Numbered from the whole stretch's first letter, positions 1 through 10,066 are shown. The stretch is DNA of 59,535 nucleotides, filler included, from Nitrospinae bacterium RIFCSPLOWO2_12_FULL_45_22 (GCA_001803565.1; 6 parts of 6 records of this genome joined end to end with filler, not necessarily neighbours in it); one strand, 5' to 3'. Program-made: numbers and translations. Notes: a model not told the origin generated them from the letters alone.

Positions 1-37
1 CTTTCTTTCGGCCGTTTTATTCACTGACGTAAGGGTA

Positions 38-718
38 TTGCTTTCTGCCCTCCAGGCTCAGGATACCATATTCGCCATAAAACTTACTTTAATAACTGCC
101 ACCCTGGCCACGCTCCTGGCTTTAATTCTGGCAGTACCAGCCAGTTATGCCCTTTCTAAAGTAGAATTTTATGGCAAGAGCCTGGTAGATACCTTTCTGG
201 ATATCCCTATCGTCATATCACCCATAGCCTTAGGGGCTGCCCTTCTAATCTTTTTCAATACGCCCCTAGGTAGGTTTATCGAGACATATGGGATAAGGTT
301 TGTCTTCGAGGTCCCGGGGATTGTGCTGGCCCAATTCGCTATCATCACTGCCCTAGCGATCCGGCTGATGAAGGCGACTTTTGACAGTATGGGGACGCGG
401 TATGAGATTGTAGCCCGGACCCTGGGTTGTAATAAGTGGCAGGCCTTCTTTAAAGTAACCCTCCCTCTCGCCAAGAATGGCCTGCTAGCAGCCAGTATCA
501 TGGCCTGGGCACGGGCAGTAGGCGAGTTTGGCGCTACTATAACCCTGGTAGGGGCTACTAAGATGAAGACCGAGACCCTTCCTATCGCTATCTATTTAAA
601 CCTGGCTACCGCGGATATTGAAAAGGCCATGGCTATCATTATAATCTTAATTGGTCTCTCCCTATCCACCCTTATATTTTTGCGTAAGATCACTGGCCGA
701 GGTTATCCCATTGATTAA
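38..718 (+). CDS. modB: Molybdate/tungstate ABC transporter permease (5' probably truncated by window edge)
   Basis: Hydrophobic TM protein; EAA-like loop (ARTLG) and ARAVGEFGAT motif; upstream of an ABC ATPase and mobB. Confidence 0.85.
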   Translation: MLSALQAQDTIFAIKLTLITATLATLLALILAVPASYALSKVEFYGKSLVDTFLDIPIVISPIALGAALLIFFNTPLGRFIETYGIRFVFEVPGIVLAQFAIITALAIRLMKATFDSMGTRYEIVARTLGCNKWQAFFKVTLPLAKNGLLAASIMAWARAVGEFGATITLVGATKMKTETLPIAIYLNLATADIEKAMAIIIILIGLSLSTLIFLRKITGRGYPID

Positions 719-1799
719 GATTAAAGATTTATCACTCCAATTAGGTGGTTTTTCCTTGAAGCAGATCAATTTGGAGATCGAAGCAGGGGACTATTTTGTT
801 ATCCTGGGCCCTACCGGAATTGGCAAGACCATTCTACTGGAGGCAATTGCCGGTATCCATAAAATAAGAGGGGGGGAGATCTGGATAGATGGAACAAATG
901 TTACCTGGCTGCCACCAGAACACCGGAAGATTGGCTATCTTCCGCAGGACTATGCCCTTTTTCCTAATCTAAAAGTCTCTGAAAATATAGCCTTTGGTTT
1001 GCATTTACAAAAAGGGCTTACCCCAAGAACAATAAACCGGACAGTAGAAGAGCAAGCAGAAAAACTGGGCATAAAACATATCTTAACCCGTTATCCGGCT
1101 GGGCTTAGTGGAGGAGAGAAGCAGCGGGTAGCACTGGCCCGGGCCCTTATTATTAAACCCCGCCTGCTTTTACTGGATGAGCCGTTAAGTGCTCTGGATC
1201 GAGTGACCAAGACATCCTTCTGGATGGAATTAAAAAGGGTTCAGGAAGAAAATCGGGTCACTATTCTTCACGTCACCCACGACCTGGAAGAAACCTTTAC
1301 TCTAAGCAACAAGGTAGCTATTCTGATGGATGGGGGTATTGAACAGAGCGGGTCTACGAGAGAGGTATTTTATCAGCCAAAAAACCGTAAGGTAGCAGAA
1401 TTTGTCGGGGTAAAGAATATATTTCCCGCTAAAGTAATTGGTCTGGAGCCCGATAAGAACCAGCTTTCTCTGACTATGGATAACTTTATTATTCATACCC
1501 CATATTTCCCCCGTCAGATGGGAGAAGAAGTATCCTGGTGTATCCGGCCGGAAGAGATCATGCTCCTCAAACCTGACCGGCCCCTAAAGAGCATATTAAA
1601 AGAGAATAAAATTGCGGGCCTGGTAACGCAGATGCTGGGGAGAGACTCTGCTCATCTACTCCAGGTGAAACTCACAGATTCCTCCAAAGAGCTCTTTGTC
1701 CAGATCCCTAACCATGTAGCCCATAAATGGGGAATTACCAAAGGGGCTACCCTTATGTTATCTTTAAAAAAATCAGCTATCTGGCTCCTTGAGCCTTAA
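711..1799 (+). CDS. modC: Molybdate/tungstate ABC transporter ATP-binding subunit with C-terminal TOBE-like region
   Basis: Walker A GPTGIGKT, LSGGE signature, LLLDEP; TTG start at 711 overlapping the modB stop is inferred. Confidence 0.8.
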   Translation: MIKIKDLSLQLGGFSLKQINLEIEAGDYFVILGPTGIGKTILLEAIAGIHKIRGGEIWIDGTNVTWLPPEHRKIGYLPQDYALFPNLKVSENIAFGLHLQKGLTPRTINRTVEEQAEKLGIKHILTRYPAGLSGGEKQRVALARALIIKPRLLLLDEPLSALDRVTKTSFWMELKRVQEENRVTILHVTHDLEETFTLSNKVAILMDGGIEQSGSTREVFYQPKNRKVAEFVGVKNIFPAKVIGLEPDKNQLSLTMDNFIIHTPYFPRQMGEEVSWCIRPEEIMLLKPDRPLKSILKENKIAGLVTQMLGRDSAHLLQVKLTDSSKELFVQIPNHVAHKWGITKGATLMLSLKKSAIWLLEP

Positions 1800-1800
1800 T

Positions 1801-1873
1801 ACAGCTATCAGCCGTAAGCTTTCAGCTAAAAACAACGGAAAAGCTGAACGCTGATAGCTGAGTGCTGAACGCT
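1801..1873. repeat. Intergenic imperfect palindrome of ~7-bp periodic units (CAGCTAT.../GCTGATA...)
   Basis: agctatcagc..agctttcagc followed by gctgaacgctgatagctgagtgctgaacgct. Confidence 0.6.
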
Positions 1874-1893
1874 TATTTGCAAGAGGAGATACT

Positions 1894-2559
1894 ATGGTGC
1901 CAATTATTTCTATTGTAGGGAAGTCTGATAGCGGTAAGACCACTTTCATAGAAAAACTTATCGCGGAGCTAAACCGTAGAGGATATAGCGTAGCTACCAT
2001 AAAACACGATACCCACGGTTTTGAGATAGATCGGGAAGGTAAGGATACCTGGCGACATGCCCAGGCTGGCGCACTGTCTGTTATTATTTCCTCAAGGGAC
2101 AAGCTGGCCTTAATAAAGAGGGTTGAACAAGAGCTTTCGTTGGATGATTTATCCCGGCTGATAGAGGGTGTAGACCTGATCCTTACCGAGGGATACAAGC
2201 GGGCAAATAAACCCAAAATAGAAGTCCTGCGCACACAATTAGACCCTGAGCCACTTTGTAGCAAGACCGATAACTTATTGGCCCTGGTAGTAGATAAGAT
2301 AGATATAGACGAAGGTATTAAAGCCGGGGTTGGAGTACCTTGTTTTTATTGGGATGATGTGGCTGGGGTAGCCGATTATATAGAAAAAAAATATTTAGGG
2401 ACTTTGGACTCTAAACCCCAGGTTGAGTTGCGGGTAGATAGTGTTGATATACCCCTTACTCCTTTTGTCCAGAGTATAATAGAGAGGACCATCCGGGGTA
2501 TGATCTCTTCCCTGAAGGGTCTTACGGGACAGGGACGGATTGAGATAAAAATTTTTTAA
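1894..2559 (+). CDS. mobB: Molybdopterin-guanine dinucleotide biosynthesis protein B
   Basis: GKSDSGKTT P-loop, IKHDTH, GKDTWRH, EGYK motifs; AGGAG RBS. Confidence 0.92.
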   Translation: MVPIISIVGKSDSGKTTFIEKLIAELNRRGYSVATIKHDTHGFEIDREGKDTWRHAQAGALSVIISSRDKLALIKRVEQELSLDDLSRLIEGVDLILTEGYKRANKPKIEVLRTQLDPEPLCSKTDNLLALVVDKIDIDEGIKAGVGVPCFYWDDVAGVADYIEKKYLGTLDSKPQVELRVDSVDIPLTPFVQSIIERTIRGMISSLKGLTGQGRIEIKIF

Positions 2560-3910
2560 TCTTACCCAATTTTTCTTCTGCCTGTCGTAGCTCCTCTAAA
2601 CTCTCTAGAGGACGATAAACGGGCCTACCTATTTCATCGGTCTTATCCTGATATAGCTGCGGGTGTTTCTTTAACAGGCCGCCTAATATCCGGGCGATCT
2701 CTCGGCGTATAGCCTTATCGGCGGGGTCATTAGCTGGCTGGACCCTCTGCAGCTCAGAGCGGGCTTTTTTTGCCTCCCTCTGTAACTGCCTTATAAGGCT
2801 GAAGCCCAACTGGAATATCTTTTGCCACCTCACCTCCTTCAATATCTCTTTTCCTTTTGATACATCATCCCCGCATATATACTCTAAACCAATATTCAGG
2901 TAATGATGGCCTAGCTCAAAGGCCCTTCTTACCTCCTCCATCCGGGAAAAATCTATTACCTCGACCAACAAGACCTTATTAAACAAGACTATTAGTTCCT
3001 GTTGGCAGAGGGGGAAAATTGGGTCAGCTTGTAGATTAGCTAGCGATTCTATAAAAAAGGAATCTTTTACTATTGGCGAGAGATAAAATCGGGAAGAGAT
3101 AATAGCTTCGGTTGTTTCAGGAACAGAAACATCTTTATAAGCATAGTCCGACAGGGCCAGGGATTTTTTGTGTACCTGGGGATTAAAAGTATCAGGGTTT
3201 ATATACTGATATATTGCCGTTGCTTCATCTAATGGTGGGAACCCGGCATCCTCTAAGCGGGCTTGCCGCCAATGCCTGGCCTCCTCTTCCAGTCCCATAT
3301 TTAGTTCCCATATGACCCCTTCCATGATAGTAAAGTAGAGATGTTGATCTACCGGGAAAATCAGGTCTAGTATCTGATAAATCAACTCTTGGGCTTCAGC
3401 CGGGCCAATAAACTCTATAAAGTATTGATTATCCAGAGTAAAATAGAATTCCCTGGGTAGTCCTCCAAAGGCGGGGTCATCCGGGTTCGACGGATCATCT
3501 GGTTTTACAACTTTGATATGCCTCTTGAAGAAGTATATAATGAGCTCTGGATCGGCCTTTTGCAGCCAGGTGAGCAGTTTCCTTGGGCTGCATTCTCTCA
3601 ATGTTTTGATCCATTCCCTGACCTTATCCAGGTCTATCTCGTCCCGCTTCCAGCAGTCCAGGTCTAGCATAAAATTTATCTGCTCAAGGGAGGCCCGGGC
3701 AATAAGCTCTATAGCCCCTTCTTTGCCGAGTTCCTGGACTGCAAAGAATAGCTCTTGTTTAGGTAGGGCCCTTACTAGCCGGATGCGGTCTTCAGCCAGT
3801 TCTACCAAATCTAGCTTATCCTTAGCTGAGACCTGACACATTAGTTCCAGTCTGGCCTGGAAAGAAAGGCTGGTTATGAGTCCCCTTGCCCGTTCTGGGT
3901 CATCCTTCAT
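2522..3910 (-). CDS. Conserved hypothetical protein (DUF6178-like)
   Basis: 462-aa ORF with LDLDCW and RLEDAGFP motifs recalled from this family; overlaps the mobB 3' end convergently. Confidence 0.65.
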   Translation of the reverse strand: MKDDPERARGLITSLSFQARLELMCQVSAKDKLDLVELAEDRIRLVRALPKQELFFAVQELGKEGAIELIARASLEQINFMLDLDCWKRDEIDLDKVREWIKTLRECSPRKLLTWLQKADPELIIYFFKRHIKVVKPDDPSNPDDPAFGGLPREFYFTLDNQYFIEFIGPAEAQELIYQILDLIFPVDQHLYFTIMEGVIWELNMGLEEEARHWRQARLEDAGFPPLDEATAIYQYINPDTFNPQVHKKSLALSDYAYKDVSVPETTEAIISSRFYLSPIVKDSFFIESLANLQADPIFPLCQQELIVLFNKVLLVEVIDFSRMEEVRRAFELGHHYLNIGLEYICGDDVSKGKEILKEVRWQKIFQLGFSLIRQLQREAKKARSELQRVQPANDPADKAIRREIARILGGLLKKHPQLYQDKTDEIGRPVYRPLESLEELRQAEEKLGKIKKFLSQSVPVP

Positions 3911-3963
3911 TAAAGCGGCAATCGCCCGTTGGTTTTCTGGTTCCGTAGGAGACCACCCCCTTA

Positions 3964-4116
3964 GTAACAGTTCACGGGATTCAGTTAACAGGGCTCAGGA
4001 AAAGACTTCAAGTTAAAAGTGAGCCGTGAGCAGTAACTGCTAATTCCTTACTCCTCACTGCTCACGAAGGGAAAAGATTGCCTGACAACTGATCCCTGAC
4101 CCCTGTGAACTGTTAC
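3964..4116. mobile_element. MITE, GTAAC-end family, with 8-bp target site duplication
   Basis: Perfect 12-bp TIRs GTAACAGTTCAC / GTGAACTGTTAC; flanked by CCCCCTTA at 3956-3963 and 4117-4124. Confidence 0.85.
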
Positions 4117-4121
4117 CCCCC

Positions 4122-5405
4122 TTACTTCTTCCGTTGGGCATCAAGCATATTAAAGAACTCTGTTATCCTACCTTTCATCTGGCTAATAGAAACTACCCGC
4201 TTGTCACAATAATCACCATCCAGGATAAGGGTAGGTACACCAACTTCTTCACTCATACAATCCCGTAATAGCCGGGTAAGGAGGGCCAGTTGCTTACAGG
4301 TAAAAGAGGCAAAGATAATAGAGGCATTAACCTGGCGCTCTTTAGCTGCCTGGACGATCTTGGGCCTGATATCTTCAAATTGCGAGCTGAGCAAGGTTAC
4401 CGGATAAGCCATATTTTTCCTTGCAACATACTCTACCGGGTCTTTGGGGTCACCAATGAGTTCTAAAGTGCCAAGAGTAGCCATATCAAAACCATCTTGT
4501 ACCGTAGTAGCTCCAAATTCCTTTGCCATCCAGTCAAATAAGCTCAGCTCAAAAAAAGGAAACCCTACCCACCATGCCAGGCGGTATCTTTCTTTGGCTG
4601 CTGCCCCTTGCTTATTAGCCACCCGAGAGGCCAGCTCAGCGCAATGGGCCTCCAGGAATCTACTGGCAGCTTCTGTACCAATACCCAGGACAATAATCTC
4701 CATATCCTTGAAATATTCTGCCATCGTCGCCGGTCCCGGCTCAGCCCCTTTTAACAGACTTATCTGATGCCAGTATTGTAATGTCTGCTTAGAACGTTCC
4801 ACAATCTCTTCCAGTTTATCATAGTTCATTTTATGTTTAGTATAGCCTTCAAGAGATCTGATCAAGTCCTTTATCTGGGCCTTATGATAGCTCACTCCTT
4901 CCTCAGAAAAGCCGTAGGGGCAGTCATAAGAAAATACTGGTATATGGCCCAATTCACCCATATGGTCTAACATCATATGGTTGCCCGTGCAATAAAGGTT
5001 AGTCACAGCAATCAGGTCAGGCGAAGGTAAGCTATTGGCGAGGGTCATACCCAGACGTAACCGTTCATAGGAGCAGATTTCTGATGGTACGCCATGACCC
5101 TTAGCCAGGTCATAAAACTCTTCACAGTCCCTAATGGCAGGAGTGATAAGGTTCAAGTGCCCTTGCATATAAGGGACTAAGTCCATCGCCAGGAATATCT
5201 CTGGCGAAGAGTAGATATTATAAAGGATTAATGGTTTGCCCTCCTCTTTTGCCTGAAGGATATTTTTATAATAATCCCGCAAAAAAGTAAAATAATGAAT
5301 ATCGCTCTTGGGAGCCGCGGGATTGGCCTGGGTACCCATAATCCCCAATTCGTATAACTGGATTAGTTGCTCCACCATGTTGCTTTCCTGTACTGTATTA
5401 ACCAT
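4122..5405 (-). CDS. 2-hydroxyacyl-CoA dehydratase / benzoyl-CoA reductase-like subunit (HgdB/FldB/BcrB family)
   Basis: EICSY, NLYC, FTCK Fe-S cysteines; VPTLILDGDYCD..RITEFF C-terminus; ATG 5405 with GGAGGGAG RBS. Confidence 0.8.
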   Translation of the reverse strand: MVNTVQESNMVEQLIQLYELGIMGTQANPAAPKSDIHYFTFLRDYYKNILQAKEEGKPLILYNIYSSPEIFLAMDLVPYMQGHLNLITPAIRDCEEFYDLAKGHGVPSEICSYERLRLGMTLANSLPSPDLIAVTNLYCTGNHMMLDHMGELGHIPVFSYDCPYGFSEEGVSYHKAQIKDLIRSLEGYTKHKMNYDKLEEIVERSKQTLQYWHQISLLKGAEPGPATMAEYFKDMEIIVLGIGTEAASRFLEAHCAELASRVANKQGAAAKERYRLAWWVGFPFFELSLFDWMAKEFGATTVQDGFDMATLGTLELIGDPKDPVEYVARKNMAYPVTLLSSQFEDIRPKIVQAAKERQVNASIIFASFTCKQLALLTRLLRDCMSEEVGVPTLILDGDYCDKRVVSISQMKGRITEFFNMLDAQRKK

Positions 5406-5509
5406 GGTTGCTCCCTCCCTCTGCTGAAAAATTTTTCTCCCCGTCTCTATCTTGACCTTGCCCCATCTAACCACACGGATTTATCCGTGCCTTAAATAGC
5501 TGCTTTACC

Positions 5510-5538
5510 ATATTAGGGCATAGAAACAACTATGTCAA
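5510..5538 (-). promoter_or_regulatory. Putative sigma70 promoter for the dehydratase gene
   Basis: Minus strand TTGACA-17 bp-TAATAT. Confidence 0.55.
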
Positions 5539-5572
5539 TTTGTAATACCGGTGTTACCTGGGTCCTTTGTGT

Positions 5573-5978
5573 CTATTTAGTATGTTCTGAGCGGATTAGG
5601 ATGGTAAACTCACCCTGGATTTTCTCCGCTTTTAATTTCTCAAGGATGGTTGAGATGGTACCCCGGTAGACCTTCTCGTAGAGCTTGGTGACTTCTTTCA
5701 CTATGACCATCTCCCGCTCTCCAAAAATAGTCTGGATTTCTGCTAATAGTTTTAAGAACCGGTGTGGGGCTTCATAAAGGATTATGGTACGCTCTTCTGA
5801 CTTTAAGCCCTCTAACCGCTTGCGCCGTTTCCCGGACTTGACAGGTAAGAAACCTTCAAAGACAAACCGGTCTGTAGGGAGTCCCGATATACTTAGGGCC
5901 GCTATCAGGGCTGTAGGCCCCGGGATAGGCGTAATACGGATATCGTCTTCTATAGCCAACTGGAGAAGATAATAAGCC
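5573..5978 (-). CDS. rsmI: 16S rRNA C1402 2'-O-methyltransferase, C-terminal part (cut by contig end)
   Basis: PIPGPTA, FEGFLP, YEAPHR, KEVTKLYE, GEF motifs. Confidence 0.9.
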
Positions 5979-6078
5979 NNNNNNNNNNNNNNNNNNNNNN
6001 NNNNNNNNNNNNNNNNNNNNNNTTAATTAATTAANNNNNNNNNNNNNNNNNNNNNNNNNNNNNNNNNNNNNNNNNNNN
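5979..6078. other. Artificial contig linker
   Basis: Ns flanking TTAATTAATTAA (stops in all frames); same at 23297-23396, 29813-29912, 37824-37923, 43492-43591. Confidence 0.97.
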
Positions 6079-7908
6079 CATATCCGCTCTTTCGATCCTA
6101 GAGCCAGGACTGCCCCGATGATAGTTGGCAGGGGTCTTTCCGCCAATTATATTACCGAGGAGAATGCCTCGCCGTTTAATATAGAAGATTCACCCCTCTA
6201 TACCTCTCTTTGTCAAGGTAATTCCCTTGTTATAGAAAATTTCGAGCAAGACCCCAGGCTCCCCCGAAGGAAGCTCTTACGGGAAGGGGTAAAATCAGCG
6301 GTCTATGTGCCAATAAAATCGCGGGAAAGAAGCCTTTTAGGATTTTTAGCCCTGGCCAGCCGGGAGTATAACTATTTTAAACCCGAGATACTGCCTTTCC
6401 TGGAGAGCATTACTAGCCAGATGGGGATAGCTACCGAGCGGACCCTATTCCAGCAAAGGCTTGCCCGCGCCAAAGAAAAATACCAGCATATCTTCACCTA
6501 TGCCAATGATTTAATTTATCTGTTTGATTTAGAAGGAAACTTCATAGAGGCTAATCTCGCGGCCCGCGAATTCACTGGTTATGGTTTAAGCGATAGGATA
6601 CATATAAGGGATGTTCTCCCTCCCGATAAGCCCGAGGAACTCATTAAGCTTGAGAGGGTCGTACAACAGTTGCTCCAGGGAGAGACTACTCAGGCCAGTT
6701 TTGAAATTGAGATAGTAAAGACAAATGGTGAGCGGGCTATCCTGGAGACCCGGGGGGTATTACTTAGAGACCATTCTGGCAAACCTATGGGTTTTCAGGG
6801 CATTTCCCGGGATATCACCAAGCGGAAGAGATTAGAAAAAGAGCTAAGAGATAATAAAGAATTCCTGGACAATATTATCCAAAATATTGCGGACCCCATC
6901 ATAATGACCGACATCCATGGCATAGTTACTTTCTATCACCCTGGGCTTATGACAGAGACAAGGTATAGCCCGGCAGAGATGCTAGGGCAGCCTCCTTGGA
7001 AGTTCTACCGCGAAGGCGAGAAAGAGGCCAAAAAGATAATGGCTATCCTTAAAAAAGAAGGTAGGTTGATGAACTATGAGCTGGAACTAGTAGAAAAAGG
7101 AGGAAAGGTCGTCCCTTACTTGATCTCAGCTATTCTTTTGCGGGATGACAGGGGAGAGATAGTGGGAACCTTAGGGATAGCGAAGGATTTAACCGAGAAG
7201 AAGGCCTTAGAGAGGCAGGTATTCCAGAGTGAAAAACTGGCCTCTATCGGTATGCTGGCGGGCGGTGCGGCCCATGAGATATTTAACCCCATGCAGGTCA
7301 TCCTGGGCATTAGTCAACTGCTGATGCAAAAGCAGAAATGGGATGATAGCGTGATAGAAAAGTTGAAGAAGATTGAGGATCAAGTCAAGCGGGTGACGAA
7401 TATTATAAATGGGTTGCGCCAGTTTTCTCACTCTTCTCTCCAGGAAAAGACCATGTTAGACCTAAATGCTACTCTAAAAGAAGCCCTATCTTTAATAGAG
7501 TACGATTTTCCCAAGGAAGGGATAGATCTAATTGTCAAACTAGATCCCCAGCCTTTAATACTCTATGGCGATAGTGCAGAGCTTATCCAATTATTTGTTA
7601 ATATCCTTATCAATGCCAGAGATGCTATGCCCAAAGGGGGAAGGGGTACAATTACTACTGCCCCATATATAAACCAGGAGAGGAATTGGGTAAGAATTGT
7701 TATTTCTGATACCGGGTGTGGCATCCCTCCGGAACTGCTGCCCAAAATCTTTGACCCCTTCTTTACCACTAAAGCTGCCGGTAAAGGCACCGGTTTAGGG
7801 CTGACGGTCTGCCATGGCATCGTAAAGAGGCATGATGGGCTAATCTCCGTAGAGAGCCAGCCCAGGCAAGGGACTACCTTTACTATTGACCTGCCCCTTG
7901 CTACCTGA
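6079..7908 (+). CDS. GAF-PAS-PAS sensor histidine kinase, NtrB-like (5' truncated)
   Basis: H-box AHEIFNP, N-box NARDA, DTGCG, FFTTK, GTGLGL; two PAS/PAC segments. Confidence 0.9.
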   Translation, partial: HIRSFDPRARTAPMIVGRGLSANYITEENASPFNIEDSPLYTSLCQGNSLVIENFEQDPRLPRRKLLREGVKSAVYVPIKSRERSLLGFLALASREYNYFKPEILPFLESITSQMGIATERTLFQQRLARAKEKYQHIFTYANDLIYLFDLEGNFIEANLAAREFTGYGLSDRIHIRDVLPPDKPEELIKLERVVQQLLQGETTQASFEIEIVKTNGERAILETRGVLLRDHSGKPMGFQGISRDITKRKRLEKELRDNKEFLDNIIQNIADPIIMTDIHGIVTFYHPGLMTETRYSPAEMLGQPPWKFYREGEKEAKKIMAILKKEGRLMNYELELVEKGGKVVPYLISAILLRDDRGEIVGTLGIAKDLTEKKALERQVFQSEKLASIGMLAGGAAHEIFNPMQVILGISQLLMQKQKWDDSVIEKLKKIEDQVKRVTNIINGLRQFSHSSLQEKTMLDLNATLKEALSLIEYDFPKEGIDLIVKLDPQPLILYGDSAELIQLFVNILINARDAMPKGGRGTITTAPYINQERNWVRIVISDTGCGIPPELLPKIFDPFFTTKAAGKGTGLGLTVCHGIVKRHDGLISVESQPRQGTTFTIDLPLAT

Positions 7909-7914
7909 GGAAAC

Positions 7915-7985
7915 GTAAAACACAAAACTAAAAGCGCAAAGCTAAGGAATACATTACCTCAGTTTTACACTTTACATCTTGCGTT
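7915..7985 (-). repeat. Stand-alone copy of the internal segment of the 53054 and 57775 MITEs
   Basis: gtaaaacacaaaactaaaagcgcaaagctaaggaatacattacctcagttttacac is the reverse complement of the interior of those elements. Confidence 0.7.
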
Positions 7986-7993
7986 GATTTATT

Positions 7994-8746
7994 ATGCCGG
8001 TATTTTTTATCCCACCAGAGAATTTTCTTCCTGACAAGGTATTAATAACCGGTCCCGATGTCAGACATATAACAAAAGTCTTACGCCTGGGCATCGGGGA
8101 TAAGATAAAAGTTTGCGATCAACCGGGAAATAGATATCAGGCTAAGATAGATGTTATCGAAAAGGGGTGGGTAATAGCTGGTTTAGAGCCGGAGATGTTA
8201 ACAGAATACGGCCGAGAACCTCCCAGGCAGCCCATGATCACAATAGGGCAGGCCCTACCCAAGGGTTATAAGATGGACCTAATCGTGCAAAAGGCCTCAG
8301 AGTTAGGGGCATCTGAATTAGCACCATTATTGACTCAAAGGACTTTAGTGCGTCTTAATTCTAAAACTACTAGCTTCAAAATAGCCCGCTGGCAGAAAAT
8401 AGCCCAGGAATCTGCTAAACAATCAGGGAGCAGGAAAATCCTTCACATCGGCAATATAGCGGGTCTAGAGGAGTTCTGTTCGTTATCCGCTAAAGCTGAC
8501 TTAAAGCTAATTCTTTGGGAAGAAGAAAAGCTCAGGCGCTTAAGGGACGTCTTACCTAAAGATACCTCCCCTGAAACCATAACCCTGATTATTGGCCCCG
8601 AAGGGGGTCTTACCCGGCAAGAAATAGGACAGGCCCAGGATTATGGTTTTTTACCTACCGGCTTGGGCCCCCGCATACTCCGGGTAGAAACCGTTGCCCT
8701 GACCCTCCTTACTATCCTGCAATATCAATATGGCGACTTAGGCTAA
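7994..8746 (+). CDS. rsmE: 16S rRNA U1498 N3-methyltransferase
   Basis: HITKVLR, QKASELG, IGPEGGL, LGPRILRVET. Confidence 0.93.
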   Translation: MPVFFIPPENFLPDKVLITGPDVRHITKVLRLGIGDKIKVCDQPGNRYQAKIDVIEKGWVIAGLEPEMLTEYGREPPRQPMITIGQALPKGYKMDLIVQKASELGASELAPLLTQRTLVRLNSKTTSFKIARWQKIAQESAKQSGSRKILHIGNIAGLEEFCSLSAKADLKLILWEEEKLRRLRDVLPKDTSPETITLIIGPEGGLTRQEIGQAQDYGFLPTGLGPRILRVETVALTLLTILQYQYGDLG

Positions 8747-8821
8747 TCTGTAAGGGGTAAGGAGTGAGGCGTAAGGAGTAAGGCGTAAGTGGTTTTTGCC
8801 TTGTACTGCTCACTCCTTACG

Positions 8822-10066
8822 TCAATAGGCCAGGGCAATTAAATGGGCCAAATAATGGGGCGACCTGCCTGTGCCAAGGCAGACAGGTAATTTTGTCACT
8901 GGAATCCAGGTTATCCATGAAAAGGGATAACTTTTTCGTGGGGTTTGTCCTGTGCAAAAAACAAATGTTTTTATCCCTTGTTTTTCAAGAAATTCCCATA
9001 CTCCTTTTGGCAATGAGTCGTCCAGGAGGATGGTCTTATTATGTTCCAGGAAGGGGATTAACTGGCCTGGGTCCCAATCCTTACCGGGAGCAATCCCAGG
9101 AGAGAAATCAGAAAAGGAAAAGGGTTGAAAGCCATAATGGTCAATGATCTTTTCCATTAATGGTTCTCCGAGTTGATTAGCCAGTCCCTCAAAGCATATG
9201 AGGCAAGATTTCTGGTCAAAATATCTCTGTCTCAAGTTAATGACCAACTTATAGTTTAACCTACCATAGTCTTCGGCGGCCCCGAAACGATCCTCGGGTT
9301 CTTCATCACCATGATAATCTGAACCACCTGTCAATATGAGATCATATTTCTGACATAAATACTGGTAAAACTTTAGATCCGAATAGGCTAGACCGGGGTA
9401 TATCCCTTCCAATCCATCCAGGCCATACCCTTTAAATTCAGCCACTATCTCTTCGAGGAGTTTTTGGTCGGGAGTTATTAACCGGGGATGAGCCAATACC
9501 GACAGCCCGGCTACTCCTTTTATAATAGCAACAGCTTCCTGAACCGTGCATCTCGCCTTTGGGATATTGCAGGGGTTAAGATACCTACTGAAGGCCTCAT
9601 TAATATCTGCCACATAGCCATGGCCTACTAATTCTCTGGCTAAATGCATCCGGCCCAACGAACCCCTGGCCTCCCGCAATATACTCTCATAATCTAATGG
9701 CCTTTTACCTTTATTCTTAAGGCATTGGTTTGTCTTTGCCAGGATCTTTTCTCCCCTCTCTAGCCGCCTCTGCTGAAATTCCAGCAAAGTATTGACTAAT
9801 TCACCTTCTCTCCAGCGAATGTAATAGCCCAGAATATGGATATCTTTATAATCCTTGTACTGCACACTAAGTTCCACACCAGGTATAACCTCCACGCCCA
9901 GGGATTCTCCTTCTACCAGGGCCTCTTCTATCCCTGACAGGTTGTCATGATCAGTGATAGCAATAGTCGCGAGGGCATGGGCCTTAGCTTTAGAGACTAT
10001 TTCCCTGGGGGCCTTCTTACCATCTGAAGCCCAGGTATGGATATGCAAATCCACCTTACTGTTCAT
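8822..10066 (-). CDS. PHP-family phosphoesterase (TrpH/YciV-like) with a C-terminal extension
   Basis: DLHIHTWASDG, ITDHD, GVELS, HILGY, LAHP, GGSDYHG. Confidence 0.88.
   Translation of the reverse strand: MNSKVDLHIHTWASDGKKAPREIVSKAKAHALATIAITDHDNLSGIEEALVEGESLGVEVIPGVELSVQYKDYKDIHILGYYIRWREGELVNTLLEFQQRRLERGEKILAKTNQCLKNKGKRPLDYESILREARGSLGRMHLARELVGHGYVADINEAFSRYLNPCNIPKARCTVQEAVAIIKGVAGLSVLAHPRLITPDQKLLEEIVAEFKGYGLDGLEGIYPGLAYSDLKFYQYLCQKYDLILTGGSDYHGDEEPEDRFGAAEDYGRLNYKLVINLRQRYFDQKSCLICFEGLANQLGEPLMEKIIDHYGFQPFSFSDFSPGIAPGKDWDPGQLIPFLEHNKTILLDDSLPKGVWEFLEKQGIKTFVFCTGQTPRKSYPFSWITWIPVTKLPVCLGTGRSPHYLAHLIALAY

Noticed and set aside
5979-6078. TTAATTAATTAA repeated five times as a biological repeat
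   Set aside because: Always centred in a 100-bp N block, so it is an artificial linker. Gene adjacency across linkers has no meaning.
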